DNA of 64,000 nucleotides from contig OZ024756.1 in the NCBI GenBank assembly GCA_964016885.1, positions 25,544,001 through 25,608,000 on the forward strand. Reading direction: 5' to 3'. The position numbers and the translations under genes were made by a program. This stretch comes from Eledone cirrhosa. Taxonomy: Eukaryota. The notes under the pieces are model-generated. The model did not search any database. It was not told where the DNA came from and worked only from the letters and a program-made list of their open reading frames with translations. The stretch's first letter is position 1, and the number at the start of each line of letters is the position of its first letter. Below, piece by piece: positions 10,291 through 28,788 of the stretch.

Positions 10291-12983
10291 TAGCGACAGG
10301 AAAGTGTAATGAAAATTTGATACCTCGTCCATAGTATTATTATTATTATTAACTTTGTCTTTCATCCTTACGGGGTTCGATAAAATAAAGCACCAGTAAC
10401 GCACGGAGGTCGATTTAATCGACTTTCCCCTCCCCCAAATTACTGGCCTTGTGTCTATACTCTGAGTTCAAATCCCGCTGAGGTTAACTTTGCCTTTCAT
10501 CCTTACGGGGTCGATAAAATAACGTACCAGTAATGTACTGTGTAATTGCTGGCCTTGTGCCTAAAGTAGAAACAATTATTATTATATATATATAATTAAA
10601 CATTTTTAGAAGCACAACTATCATACACAGATATATATATAGAGAAAGAATTAGATTTATTAAGGAAAATAATAATTCCCATAAAAAAAGGAGAAAAAAT
10701 CCTGTTCATAATTATCGACACCAAAAAAAATTTCGGAATTTTGGTGTATTCAATAAATGGCGAAGTTGACTTAAGTCGAACTCAGAATATAAAGGGAGAT
10801 AATTAAATAGGGCAAGTCACTTTGTGTCCACAGCTCTACAAATCCACCATGTCTATAATTGCTTTATTAACCACCCTCAACTCTATGTAGTGTTGTTCAC
10901 TACAAAGCAATTTATATGGAAATCTTTAAAAAAATAAAATATCATTGACAACTGATCAAAGACAAACTAAATATAACGCAGAGCGGTGAATTGAGAGAAT
11001 CGTTAGAATGTTGTATTGGTTACGGCTCTCTGCAATCCCGCTGTCATCAATCTTGTCTTTCATCCTTTCGATTCTTCTACATTTCTTTCTTTCCTTCCAT
11101 AGAAAAATCAACTGTAATCAAACCAGAAGAGGGGATGGGGCCTGTAAGGTTATTAAAAAATTGCTCAAGACACATATATGGCACCTCTAACAACTCCATC
11201 TGGAATTACGGGATCCATATATATATATTTATACACAGACACACACATTAAAACGCAACCATTTTTATTTATTTATTTATAAATTTTCCTCCATAAAACT
11301 GTACGCCACCCGATTATCCCCCTTCGTGGAATAAGTTATGTTATAACAATGAAAGGCAGGAATGATACGAGACCTTCTTGCGGTTCTTGGTGGAGGAAGA
11401 GTTACTTACCCTTGAATAGCTCTTGCATGTGGAAAAAAGATTTCACTTAATGTTATTGACCCGCCAGAAAAAATTATTTTTTTGCTCTTCGGGATATTCC
11501 TAATTCAACAGCAGCTGAAATATCTAAGGAAAGTCTGTAAGTAAATATTGCAAGGTTAATATGTTGCTAAGATAATTATTATACAGATCCCATTTGTTTA
11601 GGTGCAGTTTGTTTGTGGAGAAAAAAATCCCGTCTTTCCTCCAGTGCGCTCCGAAACAATCGACTACCGGAAAAATATTTGCAATTAAATATGCGTCCAT
11701 GTGTAAAACAGTAAACACCACCACCACTGCTTAAATGTCTCTCTACTTATCATCATCAGCTATTTCAATTCTCTATAAATACAATACATGCACATACGGA
11801 AAGTGAGACAACGAATGTGTATATATATTTATATATATCAATGTGTATGTTTAATATAGAATAGTGCTCGTTCCTTCGTTAACGTTCTTCTGTGTTTAGG
11901 GCTATGTTAATATATGGAGGAAACCTCAGAAGAGCACCACCACCCAGCTCACAGGCAATTTCACCCACACCACCACCTCCACAACCGACGTCCACTTTTT
12001 GACAGAAAGCCAACACAGCCTGGCATGTGGAGTGGTGATGGGGGTTAGGGCGGATTAGAATAGAAAACACACATCGCTCTATGTTTCTCTGTTTGCGTTT
12101 CTCACTAGATCTTTCCCCCCTTTTCTCGCACCACCCCCTCTCTCCCATTTTGTTCTCTCTGGTCGTGTGTGTCTACCTTTCTCACTCTATCTCCCATTTC
12201 CTTCCTTGTGCTCTCTTTTTCTCTTCCCCTCTCGTTCCCATTTTCTCTCACTTTTGTCTCTCCACATCCGATACGATCTTCCTTTTCTTCCACTCAACAT
12301 TAAAAAAAGAAAGAGGCTAACAACAAACTATAACAACATTGTTTATCTTTCCATTTACTTTTTAGGACATTAATGGGGGTTATTTTTTACATTGACTTTA
12401 GTATTTCTTTTTCCTCTGGTGAATTCGCGTGCGATTTTCCCCACATACACTCACATACATACGTATGTTTATAATGGATGTTCTTAATAGAGATCCATAG
12501 ATCCATTATGATTTTAAAATAAAGAATTTTGTTTGTAGGAAACAATGATTTCGTTATTGGCCTTTAAGTCCATAATAATCATATTTAGTTCAAATTTCTT
12601 TTTTTCCTCTTCGTGATCAATTGTATAATACTATTTTTATTACTAAATGTAGTTCTATCTACAAGTTTATATATATATAACTTGTGTGTATATGTGTGTG
12701 GTTAAATGCCAAATATGTGAAAATTTGAAATATGACCAAACTATGTGTGTTTACAGAAATGGATTATATATGTTAAAACTTACACTAGAAGTGTATATAT
12801 ATATATATATTTACTTCTAGTGTAAGTTTGTACATATAAATCCATTTCTGTAAACACATAGTTTGGTCATATTTGGCATTTAACCACATACTTATATATA
12901 TGCATTTATTGTTATTTTCCAATGTATGAATTTGTAAATTATGATATATCCAAAATATGCCCTATGCATTTATATATCTATCT

Positions 12984-13025
<42 letters not shown>

Positions 13026-13129
13026 TTCGCCATTATTTAGTAACTTGTCGTCTTAGTCCTTACTATACTTTATCTAACTCCACCATTATTCAGTCAAGCT
13101 GTTCTTCCTATATTTGTTACTTTTTCCTC

Positions 13130-13890
13130 CACTAACTACATTTTAACCACCACTACTGCTAATATTAATATTATTATTAACGTTATAGTTGTCAACCCCT
13201 GGTTATAACTATTACTACTACTAATACTGATATTAACGTTATACCCCCCGCCCCCGATTATAACTACCAACGCCACTACTACTAATATTATTACTCACGT
13301 TATAGCCATCACCCCGATACTGACTACTACTAACGTTATGCCCAGCTTTCCCACCACCAATGCTACTATTACCATCATTACTAATGCTATAGTTGTTTAC
13401 ACTGTTTATAACTATTACTATTACTAACGTTTTAGTCGTAACACCTTTCCTCCAAGTATAACCACCACTGCTACAATCATCTTTAATACTATTATTAACG
13501 TGAGAGACGTCGTTTACCGCCGATTACTACTACTACTCCTAACGTTATAGTTGTCTCCCCCTCGATCGTAACTACTACTATTATTATTAACGTTATAGTT
13601 GCCCCTCCCAATATAACTATTACTATTATTACCAACGTTATAGTCGTAACACTTCTCCCCGAAATTACAACGACTGCTAGTATAGTATCATTAATATTAT
13701 TAACGTTATATATAGACGTCGTTTACACACGATTATAACCACCACTACCAATACTACTATTACTATTAACGTTATAGTCGTTACCCCCTACCTTCATTAC
13801 AATCACCACTACTGCTGCTAGTACTATTATCAGTATTACTATTACTACTAGCCACTACTAGTATTATTATTAATACCAACGTCGCTTTCC
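13130..13890. repeat. Degenerate ~45-60 bp minisatellite
   Basis: More than 10 units of (ACT)n-ATTATT-AACGTTATAG-T[CT]GT...ATTATAAC. Confidence 0.8.
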
Positions 13891-14994
13891 CTCCAATTAT
13901 ACTAACCTCCCTCTTATTGTCACGTTTCTAATAAGGTTTCTTTCTGTCGTCCTGGTAAACATTCCAGATAGACACTCACATATACACATATATATTAATG
14001 TCGATATAATTCTTATATCGATATTATTTGGGCATCCACTGGTGAGTTTATAAGAGCCCGCTTGTGTATAAAACTATGGATTATATACAAGTTTCTACAT
14101 AACCTGGAAATTATTTATCCCAAATTGTAGAAATCTTATAACAAAACGGCCGTCTGGAAGAAAAGAGATATTTATTTAATAATGTCTCATATAAAATAAT
14201 ACAACCAATTATCCACGAAATACTAAAATGGGATAATACTTGAGTATATCTTAATGGTTGTTGAGTGAGATGGAGTTGGTCGGAGTATCGCTTAAGGCTT
14301 TCTCTGTTTATGTATTGTATATATATATATATATAAATTGTTTCTACTTTTGGCACAAGGCAGCAATTATTCCAGTGTATTAGTGGTACTTTATTTTATC
14401 GACCCCGTAAGGATGAAAGGCAAAGTGAAACTTGGCGGGATTTGAACTCAGATTATAATATATATATATATATATATTAATGATCACTCATGTTAACCTC
14501 CCCTAAAACTCTGGTAGTATTTTTAACTATATATATTATAAAGCATCTGTGTGTGACTCTATCCGTAATGGACTGCATTTCATTATCGATATTTCATTAT
14601 TTAGTGTAGTGTTTGTTGTATTATAGCTAGTACCAGCAATATAATTGTCTATAGTTTAAATAATAAACCACTACTGTTGTCGTTTAACCTCAGGTCATAC
14701 CTGTCATGAAATGCTTTCGCCAGTCATGACCATATTTTGGAGGAGAAAGGAGTTAGTTTTAACTGGGGTGTTGTGTTGTGAAGGAAACATCTGACCCTTC
14801 GTTATCCAGTGTATACTTACTTGTTTGTCTAGGATTAAACATTTTTTTTTATAAACTTTCTCGTCTCTCACACTAACTAATCCACAGTTATACTTCTACA
14901 GTTTTATAACAAGACAGGAGGCTATTTTAGAACTGCCTCGGAATTTGCGTTACGTTTCGCTTTTTCTACCCGCCAAATTGTGATTCTCGCTGAA

Positions 14995-15002
14995 TTTATA
15001 TT

Positions 15003-15038
<36 letters not shown>

Positions 15039-15669
15039 TATAATGAAAAATTGAACAGGGACAGAACAGAGAGGCAGTACGATAAATGTTTATATATATG
15101 TATATATTTATATATGTATATATTTATATGTATGTATTTATATGTATATATATGTATGTATATATATATATTTATATATATATATATATATATGTATATA
15201 TTTATATGTATGTATATATATGTATGTATTTATATGTATATATATGTATGTATGAATATATTTATATGTATGTATGAATATATTTATATGTATGTATGAA
15301 TATATTTATATGTATATATATGTATGTATATATTTATATGTATATATATGTATGTATATATTTATATGTATGTATATATATATATTTATATGTATGTATA
15401 TATATATTTATATGTATATATATTTATGTATATATATTTATGTATATATATTTATATATATATATTTATATATGTATATATATATTTATATGTGTATATA
15501 TATATATTTATATGTATGTATATATATTTATATGTATGTGAAAGCAGCGATTCTTTGCTTAAACTTTAATATGTATCTATATATATATCTATATGTATAT
15601 ATATATATATATATGTGTGTGTGTATATATATGCATATATATATATATGTGTGTATATATATATGTATA

Positions 15670-15751
<82 letters not shown>

Positions 15752-15781
15752 TATCTATATATGTATATATATATATATATA

Positions 15782-15817
<36 letters not shown>

Positions 15818-16075
15818 TATATATATATGTACATATATATATATATATGTACATATATATATATATATATGTACATATATATATATATATGTACATATAT
15901 ATATATATATATGTACATATATATATATATATGTACATATATATATATATATATGTACATATATATATATATATACATATATATATCTATATATGTACAT
16001 ATATATATATATATACATATATATATCTATATATGTACATATATATATATATATACATATATATATCTATATATG

Positions 16076-16137
<62 letters not shown>

Positions 16138-16220
16138 TGTACATATATATATATATATATGTACATATATATATATATATATGTACATATATATATATAT
16201 ATATATATGTACATATATAG

Positions 16221-16253
<33 letters not shown>

Positions 16254-16294
16254 TATATAGATATATATATATATATATATATGTACATATATAG

Positions 16295-16325
<31 letters not shown>

Positions 16326-16494
16326 TATATAGATATATATATATACATATATATATCTATATATGTACATATATATATATATATATATGTACATATATAG
16401 ATATATATATGTACATATATATATATATATATATATGTACATATATAGATATATATATGTACATATATATATATATATATATATGTACATATAC
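14995..16494. repeat. Compound TA-based microsatellite (TTTATATG-type, then ATGTACAT-type units)
   Basis: Directly visible; interrupted by short islets at ~15045-15085 and 15538-15570. Confidence 0.95.
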
Positions 16495-17535
16495 ACAGGG
16501 AAATGGCCTTGCTCAGTATGTAGGTAGGAACTCCATCTCTGCCCCAAATGCAAACAATGGGTACACAAGAGATGTAGTGGGATCTCAGGAAGCTTAATTA
16601 AGAATGTAGGCTTCACATGCAGCAGCTGTGTTGGGACAGCAAGCAGCAAACAGCCACAGGAAACAAGTACCACCAATCTCTGAGAGGGCTCTGTACAAAC
16701 AGTAGACAGCTTCTGCTACCTAGGTGACCGAATTAGCAGCGGAGGTGGGTGTTCAGAAAGTACAATAACTAGGGTAAGAACGGGATGGAAGAAGTTTAGG
16801 GAACTACTAACACTGCTAGCTGCAAAAGGCTTCTCCCTCAAAATGAAAGGCAGACTGTATGATGCGTGTATCCGAACAACAATGCTACATGGTAGTGAGA
16901 CCTGGGCGCTGAAGGTGGAAGACTTACGTAGATTAGAAAGAAACGAAGCCTGCATGCTCCGATGGATGTGTAATACTAATATACGCGAACGACAAAGCAT
17001 AAATGAATTGAGAGAGAGACTGAGCATAAGAGGAATCAAAAGCTGTGTGCAGGAGAGGCGGTTGCGTTGGTATGGACATGTGGTGCTTAAAAAGGTGCAG
17101 AGCACTAGAAGTCATTGGAAACAGCGGAGTGGGGGAGACCCAAGAAGACCTGGGATGAGGTGATAAAAGCCGCCCTTACCCAATTACACCTCTCAAAGGC
17201 GATAACACACGACCGTGACCTCTGGGGTCACGCAGTAATACAGAGTACCCGACCTCCCATGGGTACAAGCTGAAGCATATAGACAATATGCCCCCACACC
17301 CCCCACTGCAAGATGGTCGTGGAGGTGCCACGGCAAAAAAGCACCCGGCCCACACTGTAAAGTGGACGTGTAGGCACCACGGAAAAGGCACCCAGCACTC
17401 ACTGTAGAAATCAAGCCAAAATCAGTTCCTGTATGAGCAAGGCATGGTCAGCCGACCAGACACTGCCCACAACAGGACAACCCGTCTAACCCATGCTAGC
17501 ATGGAAGAACGGACGTAAAACGGTGATGATGATGA
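16495..17535 (+). mobile_element. RTE LINE 3' fragment, near-copy of ~1790-2866
   Basis: Same [29 protein letters not shown] peptide, same 3' UTR and (GAT)n tail; flanked by TA arrays. Confidence 0.93.
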
Positions 17536-23110
<5,575 letters not shown>

Positions 23111-23417
23111 AAAAATGAAGAGTTAGAAATAGAATTTAGGAACGTCCATCATCAGTTGTCTACTAGGCATCATAGTTATTTCTTCGCATTACAGACAATA
23201 TATCTCCGTCTAGGGCGATACAATAACTAGGTTTCGCTTTGTACATAGGCAAGGCTGGTCTTCTGTACTACTGCGTGGCACTAAAGATCTCGGTCCAGTG
23301 ACATTGTCTTAGAGAGGTGCAAATGTGTAAGGTTGGAATTTATCAAATCGTCGCAGGTTTTTCTGTGTCTATATCTATCTATGTATATATATATATATAT
23401 TATTAATATGTATAAAT

Positions 23418-23610
23418 AGGGCGGTGAATTGGCAGTATCGGTAGAGGGTTAGACGCCATGTTTTCTAGCATAGCTACGTCCCTTTACAGTTTGAGTTCAA
23501 ATCCCGCCGAGGTTAACTTTGCCTTTCATCCTTACGGGGTCGATAAAATAAAGTACCAGTAATGTACTGGGCAATTGCTGGCCTTGTGCCAAAAGTAGAA
23601 ACAATTATTA
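23418..23610 (+). mobile_element. tRNA-derived SINE family 1, full copy
   Basis: Near-identical to 4362-4556 along its whole length. Confidence 0.85.
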
Positions 23611-23718
23611 ATATGTATAAACTGAAGTTGTAGCTGCAATGTAGCAGAAACCAATCGAATTGTTTGAGGCAGTCAAAAAGCACTCAATGATATGAAAATT
23701 AAATACATTTTCATCCAG

Positions 23719-24116
23719 ATGAATACAAAGTTAAGAAAGTTTGACATAAAGAAAAGCAACCAAATGTATATGGTCATACTTACATTACAACTACAATAAA
23801 TACAAACAGGTCGAAGACTAGCTTGGACCATCTTGAGTAGATAGGAATCGATAGAGATCAATAAAAATCTTTGATAGGTTTCTGGGATTTGGGAAGCTGC
23901 ACCACAAGTTGCATAATGGATATGTAGGTCATAAATACATCCTCGTGATGGAACAGGAGCCTCTGTCATCGGCAGGTTTCCTTCTGTAATATCCAACATA
24001 TTTCTGTTGGAAGACATTTAGGCATTCTACTATAGTAGTAAATTTGCCTGTCATCACATGACTATTTTCAAAAGAGGAAGGTCAAGCTGGCTGAACTGTT
24101 GGCTGGTAAATTCAGG
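23719..24116 (+). other. Possible 5' UTR exon of the zinc-finger gene
   Basis: Non-repetitive segment bounded by a ttttcatccag acceptor and a CAGG|gtatga donor. No recognisable protein in any frame. Confidence 0.25.
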
Positions 24117-25292
24117 GTATGAACAAAGATATTTTCACAGCATCATATAAAAGCTCTCTACTAGCATATATAAACAATATATACGTGTGTGTATTCATCC
24201 AAACATGTCAATATGTAAAAACAGGTGCATTCCACAATGTACCATCAGATATCACTCTCAACCCATATCCAGCCAGAATTCTCTCACCTCTTTCTGTTCA
24301 AACCAGCCGTAACTGGCCACTCATACTGATGTTAAGGTATTATTCTCAAAATAAATAATATCAAAATCTCATAGATTCGATATTATATGAGATAATTATG
24401 AGGAAAAGCCTTTACCACAAAAATACAATAGTAAATATACAGTAATGTAAATGCTAAAGGGTTAAAGCCACTTTTCCATCTCCCTCCCTCAGCAAGCAAT
24501 ATGTAGCCCCCACGCCCACCCATATGACTGCCGCATCACCCTGAGTTGAAAATGATAAAATGCACTCAGTCCTCTCTGTAAAGTAGTAATGGGGTAGCTA
24601 TGATAAACACACCCAGGCCATCTTGTCAGTTGATAGTGGTGGTGCCACACACCAGGTACATGTCATAAAGTGGTTAGTGTTATGAAGGGCATCCAGCCAT
24701 AAAAACCATGCCAGAATGGAACCTATGAGTAAGATGAAGTGATTTAACATGTTTAGTCACAGAATGCAACAACATGTCTGACCTCTATACAAGAATGGAA
24801 AATAGTCTGAAGTGTGGCAGCAGTGGAGGGTCAAAATATGGTTATATAATAGTGGGAGAGGATGAGCAGACATACACAAACATACACAAACATACACAAA
24901 CATTTACAAATATATGTTAAGATATTTGAGACTGTGAAACCAAAAACCAATTCACAAACTTACAATATATGAGAGTACAGTTATATGTTGGAACAAAGAC
25001 ATGGAATAAAAAAAACTCATATATCACATTGTAGAGTGTTATTTATTACAACTGAAAATATTGATTACTGGCAGGGAGGCCTGAATTTTATTTTTCAAAT
25101 TTTTAAAAGTAATTATTAAAAGGTGTTGAGTAACAGATTGACATATGTTGTACTTGTAGCGGTGGTGATGATGATGGTGGTTGTAGTAGTATCCGATATA
25201 AAAGAAGGCAGAGTATGATGTGACAAAATCCAGTAATGTTATATATATGTGGTATATATATATATATATAAATGTGTATATATATATATATA

Positions 25293-25328
<36 letters not shown>

Positions 25329-25373
25329 GTGACGAAACATAAGTCAATTGCATGAACTCATGATCCTTTATTT

Positions 25374-25429
25374 ACTGCTATATATATTTCGATGATAGCC
25401 ATTGAATGGCTATGACCTCATCAGGCAGT
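25374..25429 (-). ncRNA. Minimal type-I hammerhead ribozyme with intact catalytic core
   Basis: ACTGC-CTGATGA-GGT c ATAGCCATT c AATGGCTAT c ATC-GAAA-TATATA-TA-GCAGT. Palindromic stem III, AUA triplet, followed by AATAAA and a TA array. Confidence 0.8.
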
Positions 25430-25939
25430 TAGTCAGTTCTTAGATATGCCAGCTCTGTGTTTATGGTGTTGATGGTATCAGAGCCTTGGGACATATGAGC
25501 TTGTTAGGAATAATTTAATGTTGTCAGCAGGAATAGTCTTAATTCTCATTGGTCAGTTTGTAGATGCTAGTAGGGTTTGTATTTGACCTCAAAGAAGCAG
25601 GTGGTGTTGTAAAGTTCAAACCGTCAGGCAAGATGACAATAGTTCCATATGACTGATTTTCACAAAAAGCATTCCTGGTCAGATATATATTCAATTAAGG
25701 TTAATAGTATGAAATAGATACTACAGGTCATTCTTAAATTGAGGAGTTTATGTGGAGTGGTGCTACTGAAATTATGGTTAAAGTAGAAAATTTACAAATA
25801 AAAAGACTTATGTAGGTTGGCTTGCACGTACACTCACACCCACCTCCACAGACACACATCCACACATACAAATTGAGGAATTAATGTGGGGTGGTAATAC
25901 TTAAAATAATGGTTAGAGTCATTATATAATGTATATATG

Positions 25940-27225
25940 TATCATCATCATCGTTTAACGTCTATCTTCCATGGGTCGGGAATTGTGCCACTTGAGGTAA
26001 GATTGGTTGGGTGACCGTGTCTCGCTCGTATAGGACTATCTGGCAGGTTTTCTACGACTGGATACCCTTCCTAACACCAACCACATTTACAGTGTGGACT
26101 GGAAGGTTTTTACAGTGTTACCTACACGACCACATTACAGCGTGGACTGTGTGTTTTTTTTGTTGTGACACCTACACGACCTCATTAGTTTGGACTGGAT
26201 GTTGTGGTACCAACATAATTTTATAGAGAAAGGGTGGTGTTGGTGGTATTGGGAGGATGGAATAGGGGTAGTGGGTTCGGGAGTATATTTACTTAAGAGG
26301 TGCCTACTGACTGTAGGTTTCGCTTTGTACATAGGCAAGGCGGGTCTTCTGTATTACTGCTTGGCACCAAAGATCTCGGTCCAGTGACATTGTCTTAGAG
26401 AGGTGTAAGTATGTATATATGTATATGTATGTATATATGTATATGTATGTATATATGTATATGTATGTATATATATATATATATATGTGTATATATAGAT
26501 GTATGTATGTATGTATAAATATATGTATGTATGTATATATATATGTATGTATATATATATATGTATGTATATATATATATGTATGTATGTATATATGTAT
26601 GTATATATGTATATATATGTATGTATATATATATGTATATATATACACACCATTTTTGTATTTGTTTTGCAAAATTTTTTATGTGAAAATGTGTGTTGAA
26701 TCAGATATTGTTATATTTTAACTTTGCATTTTATCCTTACGGGGTTGATAAAATAAAGTACCAGTAATACACTGGGATAATTGCTGGCCTTGTGCCAAAA
26801 GTAGAAACAATTATTATAATGTTATTATTATTCACTCACAAATACATATATGTATATATATTGATTCTTACGTCGATTCTTCCACGCTAGCATGGGTTAG
26901 ACAGGTTGTCCTGTTGTGGGTAATGTTAGGTTGGCTGACCTTGTCTTGCTCATACAGGAACTGATTTTGGCTTGATTTCTACAGCTGGATGCCCTTCCTA
27001 ACACCAACCTCATTTACAGTAAGTGCTGGATGCTTTTTTTCTGAGGCGCCTACACGTCCACTTTACAGTGTGGTCTGGGTACTTTTTTGTTGTGACACCT
27101 CCACAACCACTTTGCAGTGGGAGGGGATGGGGGCATATTGTCTATATGTTTCGGCTTGTTCCTGTGGGAAATCGAATCTTCTGTATTACTGCGTGATGCC
27201 AGAATTCATGGTCCTGTGTCAAGGC
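25940..27225 (-). mobile_element. Two RTE 3'-end fragments (25940-26410 and 26862-27225) separated by a TATG array and a SINE piece
   Basis: (CAT)n tail on the first, ggatgccctt(c)ctaacaccaacc RTE 3' motif in both, [14 protein letters not shown] peptide. Confidence 0.85.
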
Positions 27226-27369
27226 ACTATATATATTTCAATGCCCAGTAGAATTCGGGGGCAGTCAGTCTAACCGACTGGACGTAGCCTGCCATGGAAT
27301 CAAATTTTTTTTTTTTGTACTAACTCTTCCACTGTGGTGCGACCCTCTCTCCACTCATATCAATGCCTC

Positions 27370-27700
27370 CCCAGTGTTGTTGCCATGATAAAATTGCACC
27401 AAGTCTACCCTGTAAGATGGTAGTGTCAGAATCTTGAAAAATGCTTCTGGTACACACTGTAAAGTGGTAATGCTGGTGTTATGATAAAAAGTACCCAGTC
27501 CACTTTGTAAGGTGGTAGTATTGGAATCATGTTAAAAGCTCCCAGTAAAGTACTACTTGCTGTAAAGTGGTAGTGTTATGATAAAAAGTACACAGTCCAC
27601 TCTGTAAAGTGTAGAAAACCATGCCAAAAACTGAAGGTATGAGTAGGATGTCGTCACCTGACTGGTCTACCCTGTCTAGCCCATGCAATCATTGAAAATA
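27370..27700 (+). repeat. Old RTE-like 3' UTR with tandem copies of the aaaaagtacccagtccactctgtaaagtgg unit
   Basis: About 5 diverged copies of the unit also seen in the RTE 3' UTR at ~2620-2700. A similar remnant lies at ~24530-24800. Confidence 0.6.
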
Positions 27701-28788
27701 AACCATAACCCTTTAGCATTTACATTATTCTATATTTACTATTGTAATTTCACAGTAAGGCTTTACCTCACATGATATTGAATCTATGAGATTTTGATAT
27801 TATTTATTTTGAGAACAATATGTATGAGTGGCTGGTTACAGCTGATTTGAGCAGAAGGAGGTGAGAGAATTCTGGCCAGATATGGCTAGTTTAAATGCTA
27901 AAGTATTTAATGGTGATGATATTGATTATGGTGATATATATTTTTTTATGCTGTTTCCCCCATTCTTTTGCTTTTTTTTGTTTGTCTTGTTTTCTAAATG
28001 TTTGTTTTGTTGTATTAATCTTAAATTTATTTATTTTTCCTTTTTCTTTCTGTTTCAGATGTGAACCATTGCTGTGTTGTGTCATCTGTTCAATGTTTGA
28101 CCAATATCTAGCTGACTGTGGTGGTGAAAGAGGGACAAGCGGACAGATACAATGACTTCCCCAACCCCTTGGTCAACACACGATAATCTGATGATGGTAT
28201 TGCACAACATGTAGCTGTTAGATGCACATGCGACTGCATCAAAGATATTTGTTGCTTGAGGAACGCAAGAGAGAGAGAGAGTGGCTGGGCAGATAAATGT
28301 CTACTGAGTAGAGCATCAATGTTTGTTGAGATGGGATTTGAGTGTGACTCAGACGAGAGCCACACCAAATGAGTGATAGATTCCACTCCACACTACACTC
28401 CATGTAAATGAACCAACCTGAACCATGTTGTTAAGGAGTGTATGTCCATAGTGATACTTCACAAATGTATCAATATATATCAATATATATATTGGCTAAT
28501 GAGTATAGTCAACAAAAACACACCCAAAACCAATAACTGTTGATAATAATAATAATAATAATATTACATGATGACAACTACAGTCATGATTTCTTGAATA
28601 TTGATATATTACATATAAGTGATGATATTAGTAATTAACATTAATAATAATTAACAATAATAATAATCCTTTTAAAAACACTAAATAGATTTACAGACAG
28701 CTAGAATCTGTTAATTTAGTGTTGAGAACTGAAAAACATTATTCTTTATAAAAAATTGAAATTAAAAAAATAATTTTTTAAACCAAAA

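Noticed and set aside
23673-24017. 114-aa minus-strand ORF
   Set aside because: No recognisable domain or supporting exon chain.
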